IMG/VR virus record: IMGVR_UViG_3300032235_000792
Reading direction: 5' to 3' (one strand)
Length of the DNA stretch: 64,000 bases
Origin: a virus
The notes under the pieces were generated by a model. It was not told the DNA's origin and made no database searches. It saw only the letters and a list, made by a program, of their open reading frames with translations. Positions 25,744 through 37,140 of the stretch are shown here, piece after piece. Position 1 is the first letter of the stretch. Every line of letters begins with the position of its first letter. The translations under genes were made by a program, and so were the position numbers.

Positions 25744-25805
25744 TCATAACTCATTTTGCTATATAATATATAAATATCATTGATATTTAAAGAATATAGG
25801 CACAT

Positions 25806-26825
25806 ATGGATTTAAGTAAAATAGCAGGACTAGCTGGGATTCCTAGTAGTGACTTGGCTGGCGATAAAGCTGATGCAGATAGAATAAAAAAAGAAGATAA
25901 CTCAGGACTGAACCTTGAGGAGATGTACGAGTCAGATCCTAAGCTGTGGTGGAAGCAATCTCCATATACTTTTGTGTTTAAAGAGGAAAATACAGGCGAG
26001 GGACTGGGGAAGCGGTACGCCTTTAGTTTGCCAATATCACCGTCTAATATATCAATAACAACACATTTTGCTACAAACGTAGTAACTACCATGTATGGAA
26101 CAGTGGAAGAACATTCTGAACAAAGGTATTTTGATATAAACATATCTGGTACAACAGGTATGAGTCCAACGTACTCTACATACGCTAAATTATCTGATAT
26201 AAACACACCCAATATGGATCCTGCTAAGCTAGACGGTCCTGGTGGTAAAAAAGCAAAAAATGAAAGAAAAAGAAAAAGCTACAGCACTGCTAGTGTGATA
26301 AGTGCAGGAATCGACACGCTTGGTTTCTTGAGAAGATCGGCCAATATAGCAGAAACAATAGCTAGTCAAGCAAAAGATCTTTTTAACGCCCCAAAGCCAA
26401 TAGGTATTTCTACAGAAAATGTAAATACTGGTTACATGGCTTTTCATAATTTTTATAGGTTTTTACTTAAATATAAAAAACATACGTCTTCTAAAAGATC
26501 TAATACTAATGCAGGAATTCATCCACTAACATTTATTAACTGGAAAGACAATAATCAGTACGATGTTGTGATTAGCAATTTTCAATTAATGAGAGATGCA
26601 AGTAATCCAATGCTGTATAATTATACAATATCTATGCGTGCATATAATTTAACAACAGCGGGTTCTGGCGACGCAGCAATGCAGATCGATCAATATGATC
26701 TGCTTAAATCTATTGGCCTAGACAAAGTCAACGGATCTGCAAAAGCACTACTTGCTAGAAAAGCTAGAAATGCTAGAAACGCTGCATATGCAGCTATTGC
26801 ATTAACAAAAGTTGCAGGTCAATAA
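25806..26825 (+). CDS. putative baseplate/tube-initiator protein
   Basis: LPISPSNISI..INISGTTG..YNYTISM pattern; synteny. Confidence 0.55.
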   Translation: MDLSKIAGLAGIPSSDLAGDKADADRIKKEDNSGLNLEEMYESDPKLWWKQSPYTFVFKEENTGEGLGKRYAFSLPISPSNISITTHFATNVVTTMYGTVEEHSEQRYFDINISGTTGMSPTYSTYAKLSDINTPNMDPAKLDGPGGKKAKNERKRKSYSTASVISAGIDTLGFLRRSANIAETIASQAKDLFNAPKPIGISTENVNTGYMAFHNFYRFLLKYKKHTSSKRSNTNAGIHPLTFINWKDNNQYDVVISNFQLMRDASNPMLYNYTISMRAYNLTTAGSGDAAMQIDQYDLLKSIGLDKVNGSAKALLARKARNARNAAYAAIALTKVAGQ

Positions 26826-28426
26826 TGGCGGCAGGATTTGAGAACAGCATTTCTGAGCTCTCTAAACTAGATCTATGGTATAAGGTCAGTGACGGAGTAC
26901 GACTTAATTTAACTGACGTGCCAGAGTTGATAAGATTAAGATGGTTGTATTTCAGAGATAACTGGCAGTTCTTAAAAGAGAGCTATATATCTAAAATACC
27001 AGACTACTCAGATCCTAATAAGTTAAAGTTAGAAATAGATTTATTTAGCGAATTTATTGAATCTCAAAGAAACTACAGTATAAATAGAAATCCATTTGAC
27101 TCAGAAAGTATATTGTATAGATTTTTCTCTATATTTGATTTGACGAGCGTATATGATATATCTCTTTCTTTCGAAGAAGTAAATATACTGTCAACGAAAA
27201 TCAACTCTATCAGAAACATGACGAGAAGAGATTTTCTTGAAATGCGCGGCAAGATAGTCCAGGACAGGGATGCTATAGCCGATAGAGTTGGATTATCAGA
27301 CCCTGATTATAACTCTACGTACGACAGAAGCTCTCAGCCATATAGAACTGCAGTAAAAAACAAAGATATAAACAACATGTTTGAGTTGCAACAGGCAATT
27401 AAGTCCATAGATTATATATTGGCTAATTATTTTACGACAGAAAGACTAGCAGTAGATCCTTTTGCAATAGCAAGAAGTAATGCCAATAATCCACTTATAG
27501 ATATTGGTAATTATTCTTCTGGCGTTTTAGTTAAAATGCAATATGGTGAGAACCTGCAGTCTTTAGCAAAAAGAACACTCGGTACGCCAGATAAATGGAT
27601 AGACATTGCAATAGCTAACGGATTAAAGCCTCCTTATATAGATGAGATAGGTTACAAAATACCACTCATATCTAATGGAAGCAAGAATCAAATAAACATA
27701 GCTGGAAAAGATTCTTTTCAGAATGCTAACATAGACAAGGTTTACGTAGGACAAGTCCTGTTCCTGAAATCAGATATCGAAAATTCTACAGAGCAAAGAT
27801 CTATAATAAACATTAGACAAGTGCCTATATCTGATGAGATAATTATAGAGTTAGACGGAGTGCAGGACCTAGATCGGTACAAGATCGGCGACAATGCAAA
27901 CATTAGAGTATATAGACCTAACACCACTAACAGTTCATTTTATATACTGATACCAACAGACGAGCAGATTGAGCCAGAGGTCAAAAACGGAACACCTTGG
28001 TTTCTAAAAAGCAGTGATGCGGTAGAGAAAAAACAAAAAATTGACATTAATATAAGCGATGACGGCGACATAAACTTTAACTCTACAGGGGATCTGCAGT
28101 TATCTTACGGATTAGACAACTCTATACAGGCAATAAAACTTAAGATGTCAGTAGAGAGTGGCGAATTAAAGAGGCATCCATCATTTGGGTTAATATCTGT
28201 TGCCGGAGCAGGCAGCACAGATGTCGAATCAACAAAAAGATCATTGACTAGCTCTATAGTTGATAGTATAACTGCTGATAGCAGATTTTCAATGGTAGAG
28301 TCAATATCTGTTGACTATTCTAATCCAAAAGACGCAGAATCACCAAGTTATTTCAGTATAAATATATCAGTTAGATTGTCAGGGTCTAATCAACTAGTTC
28401 CAATAAGTTTTAATATAAGAGGATAG
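26825..28426 (+). CDS. baseplate wedge protein (LysM-like plus gp25-like domains)
   Basis: GENLQSLAKRTLG..W.DIAIANGL; C-terminal GDLQLSYGLDN..QAI..GEL.RHPSFG. Confidence 0.7.
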   Translation: MAAGFENSISELSKLDLWYKVSDGVRLNLTDVPELIRLRWLYFRDNWQFLKESYISKIPDYSDPNKLKLEIDLFSEFIESQRNYSINRNPFDSESILYRFFSIFDLTSVYDISLSFEEVNILSTKINSIRNMTRRDFLEMRGKIVQDRDAIADRVGLSDPDYNSTYDRSSQPYRTAVKNKDINNMFELQQAIKSIDYILANYFTTERLAVDPFAIARSNANNPLIDIGNYSSGVLVKMQYGENLQSLAKRTLGTPDKWIDIAIANGLKPPYIDEIGYKIPLISNGSKNQINIAGKDSFQNANIDKVYVGQVLFLKSDIENSTEQRSIINIRQVPISDEIIIELDGVQDLDRYKIGDNANIRVYRPNTTNSSFYILIPTDEQIEPEVKNGTPWFLKSSDAVEKKQKIDINISDDGDINFNSTGDLQLSYGLDNSIQAIKLKMSVESGELKRHPSFGLISVAGAGSTDVESTKRSLTSSIVDSITADSRFSMVESISVDYSNPKDAESPSYFSINISVRLSGSNQLVPISFNIRG

Positions 28427-28427
28427 T

Positions 28428-31400
28428 ATGGCTAATATAGATATTAAAAGTTATAATCAGATTCTTGGCGATATGGTTCGAAAAATTGTCGCAGATACGC
28501 CGGTAAACGACGTAAGTGTGGGATCCGTGCTACTAACTATACTTGAAGCAGCAGCCTCAAACGATTATGAAAACAACACTGCAATTCTTAACGTACTAGA
28601 ATTACTTAACATTGACATTATTAAAAACAATGACTTAGATGCATATGCTTCTAATCTGGGTCTCACTAGAAAAATTGCGACAAAGTCTACCGGATTTGTG
28701 GTTGTGTCTGATTCTAGCATAACAAAAAGAAGCACAACACTGTACTCCATAAAGCCTGCACCTATAGCAGGATCTACTAAGCTTTACGTAAATAATGCGT
28801 CAAATTGGAATGCCTTTGGTGGGTCAGTTTATATAGGTAGAGGTACACCTAATTTCGAAGGCCCATTAACATATACATCAATAGAGAATAACGGAACTTT
28901 TTATACAATAAATCTAGCGTCTTCTTTACAAAAAGATCATTTAATCTCTGAATCTGTGATAGATGGGCAAGGAACCACTGACAGGAGCATACCGTCTGGG
29001 ACTATTGTTAAAATTCCAGCGAACAGTGTATCTCCAGAAATAGAGTATTCTACACTAAGATCTTCAGTCGTTCCAGCAGGAGAAGACACATCAGAGAGTA
29101 TACCTGTCGTTGCAGTAAGAGCAGGTTCAGCCAGCAACGCAGGAATAGGGACTATATCTTTATTTAAAGCGCTACCAACAAACTTCACTTCTGCAACAGT
29201 TAAAAATACTACAGCTTTTTCTAGTGGTAGAGATATTGAGTCTGATGAAGATTTTAGAGACAGAATCAAATCTTACTCTAATTCTTTAGCAAGAGGCACA
29301 AAAGATGCTATTTTATCTGCTATTAGAGGAATATCAGATGACACTGACGGTAAGCAAGTTCAATCTGCTGTAATAACGGAGCCAGCAAGTGTTGGTGATG
29401 CCTCTATTGTTTACATAGACGACGGTGCTGGATTTCAGCCAAGCTATGAGGGTCAATCTGTTGACCTATTGATTCCTTATGCCAATGGTAGCGAAGAGTT
29501 TTTGCAACTTGCAAACTATCCTTTACCAAGACCTCAAGTTATAAATTCTGCTGAGTCTCCGTTTTCTTTAATAGAAGGAAGCGAGCTCAAGGTTAAAGTA
29601 GACGATATAGAAGAGACTATCCTATTTACATCTTCTTATTTTAGAAATATGGCTATTGCTTCAATATATGAAGTAGTTATAGCCATAAATAGTCAATCCA
29701 CGCTATTTAAATGCAGATTAGATAAGGAATCTACTAGACTGCTGCTATATCCGGTTAGTAATATTGCTGAAAATATACAAGTAATAAGTGATGAAAGTAC
29801 ATTAGATGCGAATCTACAACTAAAGTTTCCTACAAACGAGTTTTCTTACATTAAGTTATATAAAAATAATCAACTTCTTAAAGAAGTTGAAAAACCAGCA
29901 ACAGTCGCGTCGGCCCCTTTCTACACATGGAACATCAGCGCGCCTGGAAACCTAGCCTTATCTGTTGACGGTACACCAGATCAAGATCAATACTTTACTG
30001 CATCAGATTTTAATGGTGCAACATTCACGTCGTTAAATTTAAGTGATTGGGTTACGGCAATTAATCGAAAATATGCAGGCATTACTGCATCCGAAACAAC
30101 GACAGGGCGACTTGTAATAACATCAAATAAAGAAGGTAGTGCATCAACTATTGAGATAGTTGGTGGGTCTTATTTGGATAAAATTTTTGGCGGACAGCAG
30201 ATATCGGCTGTTGGACAGAACTCGGACTACACACTTAATAGACAAAATGGTAGTATTCAAATTAGTACAACGATTTCTGCAGGCGATTCTATATCTGCCG
30301 GATCTAGCGACACCAAAGGCTCAATTACTTCGTATTCAGCTGTTGGCGGATTATTCAACTTAGCGGTAGACGCAAATGGTAGACCATCAGAAATGGTAGT
30401 AGTAGCCGATGCAGAAAGAGTTGTTATTAGAAATTTGAATATGGCTATCGGTTCAACTATACAAGTGTCTAATCAGGGTTCTAGCATAATGAGAGTAATG
30501 TCAGGTGCTGCTGTAACTTTCAAAGAGGTTCAACCTGGGGACTACATCTATTTAGTAAACAGAGGAGATACGGCCGAAGGTGGATCTTGGCTGGGCATCG
30601 AATCATCTGGGCTTTACAAGGTTAAATATAAAGGGTCACATACGGCTGATGGTGTAGATACATACTTAGACGTAGATAACGCTAATATGTTTACTGGTGG
30701 ACCTTACACATACTCAGTGCAAGATACAGCAGACATATACGCCTTTTATTCTGACGCATATCCTCAGATTTGGAGAGGCTCGTACCTCTCGGTTCCTGCA
30801 ACAGCAAGTGCGCAAGAAGTTGTCACCTCATTAAATTCTAATTTAAGAAACACAAAGGCATCTTTATTTAAAACAAATTATGTAAAAATAACGTCCACTA
30901 CAGAAAATACCGGTAGTGTGTCAATACCTGTATCCGTTGGATCGTGTGCGCAGCTTTTTGAAACAGAGCAGGAGCGGCAGGGCGGAACTCAGTCACATAT
31001 AGCAAGTATATCCCCAGACAAGGACTACATAACATTCTTCAGAGCATCTGAACCTACAAATACATGGCTAGATAGACACACTTACACTGACATTAGAGGA
31101 TCTATAAGTCTAGACCAAGAATCAAACATAGACGGAACTGGTACTTATTCTGAAATCATTAATGACACTGCTACGGTAGACTTTAACACAGACTGCTCAT
31201 ACGATAATATCGTAACTATAACAAGTGGTTCAAATAAGGGGCAAATTAGAACTGTACGCTCTATAATAGATTCTGAAAACATAGGGACACGGAACGATAA
31301 TCTTAGAACATTAATGGATTTTACTGCTGGCGATGAATATCAGATTGTCAAAAGTTTAGAAATTTCAGCAGAAGATACTATGGTAGTTATTATGGATGAT

Positions 31401-34400
31401 GACGCCATTGCAAAAACTATAGATATATCTTTCTCAAGAACCGGTAAAGTAAATAGTGGATCTCAAGCTGCAACTTTTATACCAACAAATTTAGCGTTTT
31501 CTGCAAATGATGCAGATAATGAGACTGGCATTGATTTTGGTGAACTTAGCGTTTGGGAAGTTTATCCTTCTCAAAGAAATACAAATTTTGATGATTATGC
31601 TATTTGGTTTAAAGCAAGAAATTGGTATTCTGAAAATGGTGCATGTATTTTATTAAGAGCTAAAGAGTATGGACCGATAGGGGATAAAATAAAATTTAGA
31701 ATAGAGTATCCAAGTGCTCAAAATAGTTCAAGTGTAGTATTCCATACTAATACTCCAGAAGAAACTTTAGTAACTTATGTATTTGGATCCAGCGCTGCAG
31801 CAACTACTGATGTTGCCCCAGGGGACCTGTTTACTATTACAGATTTAGGCTCTAATATAGCTAGAATTAAGTTTCCATCTACAGCAACAGTTGCAAATAT
31901 AGAAATTAATAACATTTTAAGTATAGCAGAGGACAGCGGTTTTTCTGCGGCAAATACTGGTACATTCTCTATCGTAAATAAGAGTGATATAGATAAAACA
32001 GTAGATGTGTATAACCCCAATGCTCAATTTACAGTAATTGGAGTAAAGGGCGAGCAGCAGATTCAGTGTGTAGGTGATTCAGCAGACTCACTTAACGGCA
32101 AATATTTTGTACTATCTGCGCCAGATGGATCTACTGTAAAATTTTGGTATGATAACAACGATGCTGGTACAGTAGAGCCAGCTATTGGTACAACAACAAG
32201 ATCTTGGGAGATCAATGTTGTGACTGATGCATCAGACGTAGACGTAGCAACTACCACAGCAGCTGCTATAATGAATGATTTAGCTTTTAGCTCTGCAACT
32301 AATTTAAGTGGTACATCTAGTCTAATAACAATAACAAATGCAGACAATGGTATTTCAGCTGTTGGCAGTAATGGAGCGGGATCAAACTCTGCAGGTTTTA
32401 CATTTACGGAGACTGTTATTGGTGTATTAGACACATATGAAACTTTAAATTTAGTTAGCAAATTCACTGTGTTCCCAATGCAAGATACAGATGCAGCAGC
32501 TATTGTCTTAAAAATAAATGAAACTAAAATATTAGAATCAGTGGTTAAGACCGCAGGAAGCTTCTCAAAGGCCACAAGAGAAATATATAACACAACAATA
32601 AACGAACTTGCATACGACCATGATCCTGATCCTGCAAGTGGAAAAAATGAGCATGTGAGTCTATGGGATTCTTCTAACTGGGTTTCTACTTTTAGAAATT
32701 TAAATCCAAATTTTGAATTAAAATCAGAATTAGCTTTAAGTGGTGTTTCATCTAATTACCAAATGGACACTGCACCCAACGTCGACGGTACTCAAGGCGA
32801 GTATTTCAAACTTGTGCCATGTAATTTAAAAAACCTTCAGCATCATCTTGCTCATAAAGCATTATCTCAATTATCTATAGTTTCTGACATAGACTTCGCT
32901 GCAAAAAACAAAAAAATTCAAATAAAATCTAAACTTCTTGGTTCAAATGGTGCAATTGAAGTTGTTGGAGGAAGGGCCAATATCGCTTCATTTAAAATAT
33001 TTGGCGATTCTTCTATTAGTGAAGTTAATGACAATAAATATTTAGAGACAAAAATTCGTGCTTTTCCTAATACGTTTAGTCCAGGTCAACACGTTGTATT
33101 AAGTAATGATTTTGGTGTAGAAAGACTAAATCGAATGAATAGTCTAGATACAATGGATGTAGTCAAGGTTGGCAATGGTTGTGAATATAAGTTTAATGCT
33201 AAAGCAACTAACTTTAATGAATTTACTAATATATCCATAGTTGATGCTAACACCGTGGATCCTACCTCGTATCCAAAGCCTGGGATAGTTTGGAGGTGGA
33301 CTCACGATGATATTCTTGCAACATTGGCAAATGTTTCACCTGGTGATATAGTTATGGCAAGTGGAATACCAGCTTGGGACGCAGGAAACATGGTTTCAGA
33401 AACTGGAAGCGGTGCAGTCGGTGGATTTCCGATTATTAAAGTATCTAACACAGATAAATATATAGACGTAGTAAATACTAGCGGCGCGGCAATGCCGTCA
33501 ACAAGTATAGGATCTGGAACTCTTAATATAAGTGCTACACCAATAATAGAGTGGAAGCTACAACACTCCAGTGATGTGGTATCTCCAACTAAATATAAAA
33601 TTGAAAGCTTAGGTTACAATGATATGTTTAGATTATCTAGGCAACAGGGAACACCCGCAGCTAATTTTGCAAGTTGTGGTGCGGCAGTAGATGATATTTT
33701 GGTAATAAGCGGTACAACATTTAATTCAATAAACAGTGGTGAATTCAGAATCTTAGGTGTAGACGATGACTCCATTATATATCAAAATGTAAGTGCACAA
33801 GAAGACTTAGATGATTTCCGATCGTTTAATGATTTAGATATTGCAGTATTCTGGTCTACAAACTCAGAAGCTGTAACAGGGACAGCTGGTTCATTTGAAA
33901 ATGTAGCTATAGGGGATTGGGTTAAAAAGACAACAGATAGTGACGAGTATTTTGTTCAAGTCTTAGACTTATTAGATAATTCAAATGTGTCTGTATCATC
34001 TAATTTGGCTACGAAGTTATTGCTAGGGTCTAGCTACAATGGAATCAGCGGGTTTTCAAGATCACATGCGATAAATCAGACAACTGAGACAAACACGGGT
34101 AGATCACTTAAGAGTGTGTCTGATATAAGAATATTAGAGGCGGACTCTGTTAGACTAGGTGACAGCCTCTTCATTCCAGAAAATGTATCTACTTCGTGGT
34201 TTAATGTTCTTAATTGTGGAAAATTTGAAATAAAGGACTTCGGAACACGCTCTGTACTAGGCTCTAGTGACGATATGTATATTTACATTAAAGTAGAAAA
34301 TATAAGTGGAGTAGCTCAAGAAGACGTAAATATGGGTACAATCAATTCTAAGTTCGCAATAACTGAAGGTTATGAAAACAGATTTAGAAGCATTAAACAG

Positions 34401-34955
34401 ATAAAGCATGTAGCTATAGATGATATTAACTCAGATAGAAGGGTGGTATACCTGTCTCCAGGAGATAGATCGTACAAATGGAGCCAGTCTAATGCTACCT
34501 CAATATCTGCATTAGGTAAGATTGGATTCTCACAAGATATTACCTCAGGCATAGACGGATACCTATACTACACTGGTCTTCTTAGAAAAGTGCAAAGAAC
34601 TATCGATGGCTTTGAACCAGATCCATCTAATTTTCCAGGTAGACGCGCTGTAGGAAGCTTGATTGAGATACTGCCGCCACTACCAGTAAGAATATCGATT
34701 GCTATTGAAGTAACAACTAGAGACGGTATTAATCTAAGTGAAATAAGTGATGAAATAACGTCGTCAATAATAAATTATGTTTCAAATCTTGGTGTCGGAG
34801 AAGATGTCATACTTTCGGATATAATAGTTAGAGTTAAGAACATAGATGGTGTTGCAGCCGTGACGTTCATAACACCAGAGCCAAACAACGAGCGTATATT
34901 TGTTGGCAATGGAGAAAAGGCGTTTATTGAACCATCAGATATAAGTATAGCATAA
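28428..34955 (+). CDS. giant baseplate J/gp6-like wedge protein
   Basis: N-terminal J motifs (GSVLLTILEA, GRDIESDEDFRDRI, LARGT) and C-terminal J motifs (YVSNLGVGEDVILSDII..IDGV); 2175 aa. Confidence 0.85.
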   Translation: MANIDIKSYNQILGDMVRKIVADTPVNDVSVGSVLLTILEAAASNDYENNTAILNVLELLNIDIIKNNDLDAYASNLGLTRKIATKSTGFVVVSDSSITKRSTTLYSIKPAPIAGSTKLYVNNASNWNAFGGSVYIGRGTPNFEGPLTYTSIENNGTFYTINLASSLQKDHLISESVIDGQGTTDRSIPSGTIVKIPANSVSPEIEYSTLRSSVVPAGEDTSESIPVVAVRAGSASNAGIGTISLFKALPTNFTSATVKNTTAFSSGRDIESDEDFRDRIKSYSNSLARGTKDAILSAIRGISDDTDGKQVQSAVITEPASVGDASIVYIDDGAGFQPSYEGQSVDLLIPYANGSEEFLQLANYPLPRPQVINSAESPFSLIEGSELKVKVDDIEETILFTSSYFRNMAIASIYEVVIAINSQSTLFKCRLDKESTRLLLYPVSNIAENIQVISDESTLDANLQLKFPTNEFSYIKLYKNNQLLKEVEKPATVASAPFYTWNISAPGNLALSVDGTPDQDQYFTASDFNGATFTSLNLSDWVTAINRKYAGITASETTTGRLVITSNKEGSASTIEIVGGSYLDKIFGGQQISAVGQNSDYTLNRQNGSIQISTTISAGDSISAGSSDTKGSITSYSAVGGLFNLAVDANGRPSEMVVVADAERVVIRNLNMAIGSTIQVSNQGSSIMRVMSGAAVTFKEVQPGDYIYLVNRGDTAEGGSWLGIESSGLYKVKYKGSHTADGVDTYLDVDNANMFTGGPYTYSVQDTADIYAFYSDAYPQIWRGSYLSVPATASAQEVVTSLNSNLRNTKASLFKTNYVKITSTTENTGSVSIPVSVGSCAQLFETEQERQGGTQSHIASISPDKDYITFFRASEPTNTWLDRHTYTDIRGSISLDQESNIDGTGTYSEIINDTATVDFNTDCSYDNIVTITSGSNKGQIRTVRSIIDSENIGTRNDNLRTLMDFTAGDEYQIVKSLEISAEDTMVVIMDDDAIAKTIDISFSRTGKVNSGSQAATFIPTNLAFSANDADNETGIDFGELSVWEVYPSQRNTNFDDYAIWFKARNWYSENGACILLRAKEYGPIGDKIKFRIEYPSAQNSSSVVFHTNTPEETLVTYVFGSSAAATTDVAPGDLFTITDLGSNIARIKFPSTATVANIEINNILSIAEDSGFSAANTGTFSIVNKSDIDKTVDVYNPNAQFTVIGVKGEQQIQCVGDSADSLNGKYFVLSAPDGSTVKFWYDNNDAGTVEPAIGTTTRSWEINVVTDASDVDVATTTAAAIMNDLAFSSATNLSGTSSLITITNADNGISAVGSNGAGSNSAGFTFTETVIGVLDTYETLNLVSKFTVFPMQDTDAAAIVLKINETKILESVVKTAGSFSKATREIYNTTINELAYDHDPDPASGKNEHVSLWDSSNWVSTFRNLNPNFELKSELALSGVSSNYQMDTAPNVDGTQGEYFKLVPCNLKNLQHHLAHKALSQLSIVSDIDFAAKNKKIQIKSKLLGSNGAIEVVGGRANIASFKIFGDSSISEVNDNKYLETKIRAFPNTFSPGQHVVLSNDFGVERLNRMNSLDTMDVVKVGNGCEYKFNAKATNFNEFTNISIVDANTVDPTSYPKPGIVWRWTHDDILATLANVSPGDIVMASGIPAWDAGNMVSETGSGAVGGFPIIKVSNTDKYIDVVNTSGAAMPSTSIGSGTLNISATPIIEWKLQHSSDVVSPTKYKIESLGYNDMFRLSRQQGTPAANFASCGAAVDDILVISGTTFNSINSGEFRILGVDDDSIIYQNVSAQEDLDDFRSFNDLDIAVFWSTNSEAVTGTAGSFENVAIGDWVKKTTDSDEYFVQVLDLLDNSNVSVSSNLATKLLLGSSYNGISGFSRSHAINQTTETNTGRSLKSVSDIRILEADSVRLGDSLFIPENVSTSWFNVLNCGKFEIKDFGTRSVLGSSDDMYIYIKVENISGVAQEDVNMGTINSKFAITEGYENRFRSIKQIKHVAIDDINSDRRVVYLSPGDRSYKWSQSNATSISALGKIGFSQDITSGIDGYLYYTGLLRKVQRTIDGFEPDPSNFPGRRAVGSLIEILPPLPVRISIAIEVTTRDGINLSEISDEITSSIINYVSNLGVGEDVILSDIIVRVKNIDGVAAVTFITPEPNNERIFVGNGEKAFIEPSDISIA

Positions 34956-34962
34956 GGATTAT

Positions 34963-37092
34963 ATGGCAGAGGCTAAAAATAGAATAGATTCTTTACATGA
35001 TCAAATGCCTGCTATATATAGCACAAGAACCAATCCTAATTGGTCTGCTTTAATTAGTGCGCTAGGCTCATCAGATGATGAAATAATGCAATTAATTCAA
35101 TCAGTGAGAGAACAATTCTTTATTAAAACAGCTAAAAGGCCTTACTTAGATAGATTAGGCACTGCGAACTTAGTACAAAGACCTAGATTTATTGGAATGG
35201 ATGACTCTGCTTTTAGAAAATTTATTCCAGTAGTTGCGTACAGTCCAAAGCAAGTTAAGTTAATATTAGATGAATTACTAGATGTTTTCTTTTTCAAAGA
35301 CTCTACTACATCATTTGCCATGACTAACCAGTTTGAGCCTTTTGTGCTACAAGACGGCTGGGACTTAGAGTACGAGATAGACTCATATTCTAAAGAAAGA
35401 ATAGAATTTAGAGAAGAAGAGTTTGAAGATATTTCTAACGCAAAAGCAAATGAAATTGTTGCTGCAATAAATAGGCAGTCTTCTAATTCATTTGCAATAG
35501 CATTTGAAGACAATTTAACAAAAAAAATAAACATAAGAATATTTACAAACACAGTTGGATCAAAAGGCGCTGTGAAAATAATTGGTGGAAAAGCAAACAT
35601 CGGACTGCAGTTTGACGGATTTAACGAAGAAGCCGGAGCAGGCGGTAACTCAGAATGGGAAATAACAAAGATCGGTGATACCGTAAAAATGAGATACACC
35701 AATGTTGGTAACTCTCCAAAAATAGAGACTTTAAATGTTGGCGATGTAGTTATAATAACTAGACCAGAAAACGAGGGTAGTTTTTTAATTAATGAAGTTA
35801 ACGTAATAGAGAATTATATAGTTTTTACTAATATTTTCGCAACAGAAGAAACTTTTACTCAATCATCAACAGAAGATGTTAGATTTTTTACCCCACTTAA
35901 GAACAATGTGTTTTTAAAAGATAGAAGAGCTGTTGTTTGGGAAGTTAGGCCTGGCGAAATAATAGTTGAAATGCCGCCTTCTCCTCCTATTGTTAAAAGA
36001 AATAGAAAAGGCGCTGCTCATATAAACGGAATTGAATCCAAAGTACAAGCGTACAACAAAACATTAAGTAATATAACCCTAGATAGACCAGACGAGTTCC
36101 CAACAACAGGTGGGCAGTTCTATTTTATCCCTGAAAATGAAATACAGACGTACTTCCCCAACGATGGTGACACTACTTATTTTAAATACAATAGCAGATT
36201 ATGCAGTGATATGCCAATATATACATATGTGTCTAGGGTTGGCAATGTTATTCAGGGTGTGTCGCCTCAATTGCCAGATCCCGCTTCTCTAAATCAGTTT
36301 ATGCTTACATCAGCAAATAGAGACACAAGTAACACAATAACAGTAACCACAACAGTTCCTAATAATTACAGCATTAACGATTTTGCAATTATAGAAAACG
36401 CTATGTTAGGCGCAGGCTCTGGGCCTTCTGTTAATGGAACTTGGAGGATCACCGAGATAGTGAGTTCAACACAATTTAAAGCATATTCTTTTGGTGGATC
36501 TCATGGAGACCGCCAATCTACCGGTGGCACCGTTCGTGTTGAAAAAGCAGCATTCTCTACTAGTGGCGGAATAGTACTGATGCGTTCTTCTAAATTAGAG
36601 CCTAGAAAACTAGGTCCATATATATGGGACCAGGACTCTAACTTTGTGTTATCGTCTTTTACAGGAACGCTGACAGAAGAAATAAATGCAGGATCTACTC
36701 AGAGAAATATATACTTGTCCACAAACAACATACCTAATGAATCTGGTCAATTAATATTTAACTTTGGAACAGAGCGTGAAGAAGGGCCAGTTAGATTCTT
36801 CTTAAAACCAAGCTCTAATGTTATAGCGATAGACCCATCCTATGTGTTTGAAAATACTCATCAAGTTGGAGATTACGTGACGGTAATAAGAAGACAGGGA
36901 GGGATGGTGCTTGGGCCATACGGTGAACAGATAGCACCGTACATAACTGATCCAGCTGCAGCTAGAGAAGTACTAAAAGAGCTAATGCAAAGAGTTAAGT
37001 CCGTAGGTATCTTTATTAATTTCTTGGTGAGGTATCCAGAACAATATTATGCAACTATTGATGTTTATAGAAGCGGAATAGATCCAGGTTAG
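34963..37092 (+). CDS. baseplate wedge protein (gp7/tail-I-like)
   Basis: TAKRPYLDRLG..MDDSAFR motif; follows baseplate J. Confidence 0.65.
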   Translation: MAEAKNRIDSLHDQMPAIYSTRTNPNWSALISALGSSDDEIMQLIQSVREQFFIKTAKRPYLDRLGTANLVQRPRFIGMDDSAFRKFIPVVAYSPKQVKLILDELLDVFFFKDSTTSFAMTNQFEPFVLQDGWDLEYEIDSYSKERIEFREEEFEDISNAKANEIVAAINRQSSNSFAIAFEDNLTKKINIRIFTNTVGSKGAVKIIGGKANIGLQFDGFNEEAGAGGNSEWEITKIGDTVKMRYTNVGNSPKIETLNVGDVVIITRPENEGSFLINEVNVIENYIVFTNIFATEETFTQSSTEDVRFFTPLKNNVFLKDRRAVVWEVRPGEIIVEMPPSPPIVKRNRKGAAHINGIESKVQAYNKTLSNITLDRPDEFPTTGGQFYFIPENEIQTYFPNDGDTTYFKYNSRLCSDMPIYTYVSRVGNVIQGVSPQLPDPASLNQFMLTSANRDTSNTITVTTTVPNNYSINDFAIIENAMLGAGSGPSVNGTWRITEIVSSTQFKAYSFGGSHGDRQSTGGTVRVEKAAFSTSGGIVLMRSSKLEPRKLGPYIWDQDSNFVLSSFTGTLTEEINAGSTQRNIYLSTNNIPNESGQLIFNFGTEREEGPVRFFLKPSSNVIAIDPSYVFENTHQVGDYVTVIRRQGGMVLGPYGEQIAPYITDPAAAREVLKELMQRVKSVGIFINFLVRYPEQYYATIDVYRSGIDPG

Positions 37093-37140
37093 CACGTATT
37101 CTGGTATAATTAAGTATATTTAGAGGCTAAAGGAAGTTGC

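Noticed and set aside
28428-34955. Intein or intron explaining the giant baseplate gene
   Set aside because: No LAGLIDADG/HNH or intein splice motifs recognised; the insert consists of structural-type modules shared with neighbours.
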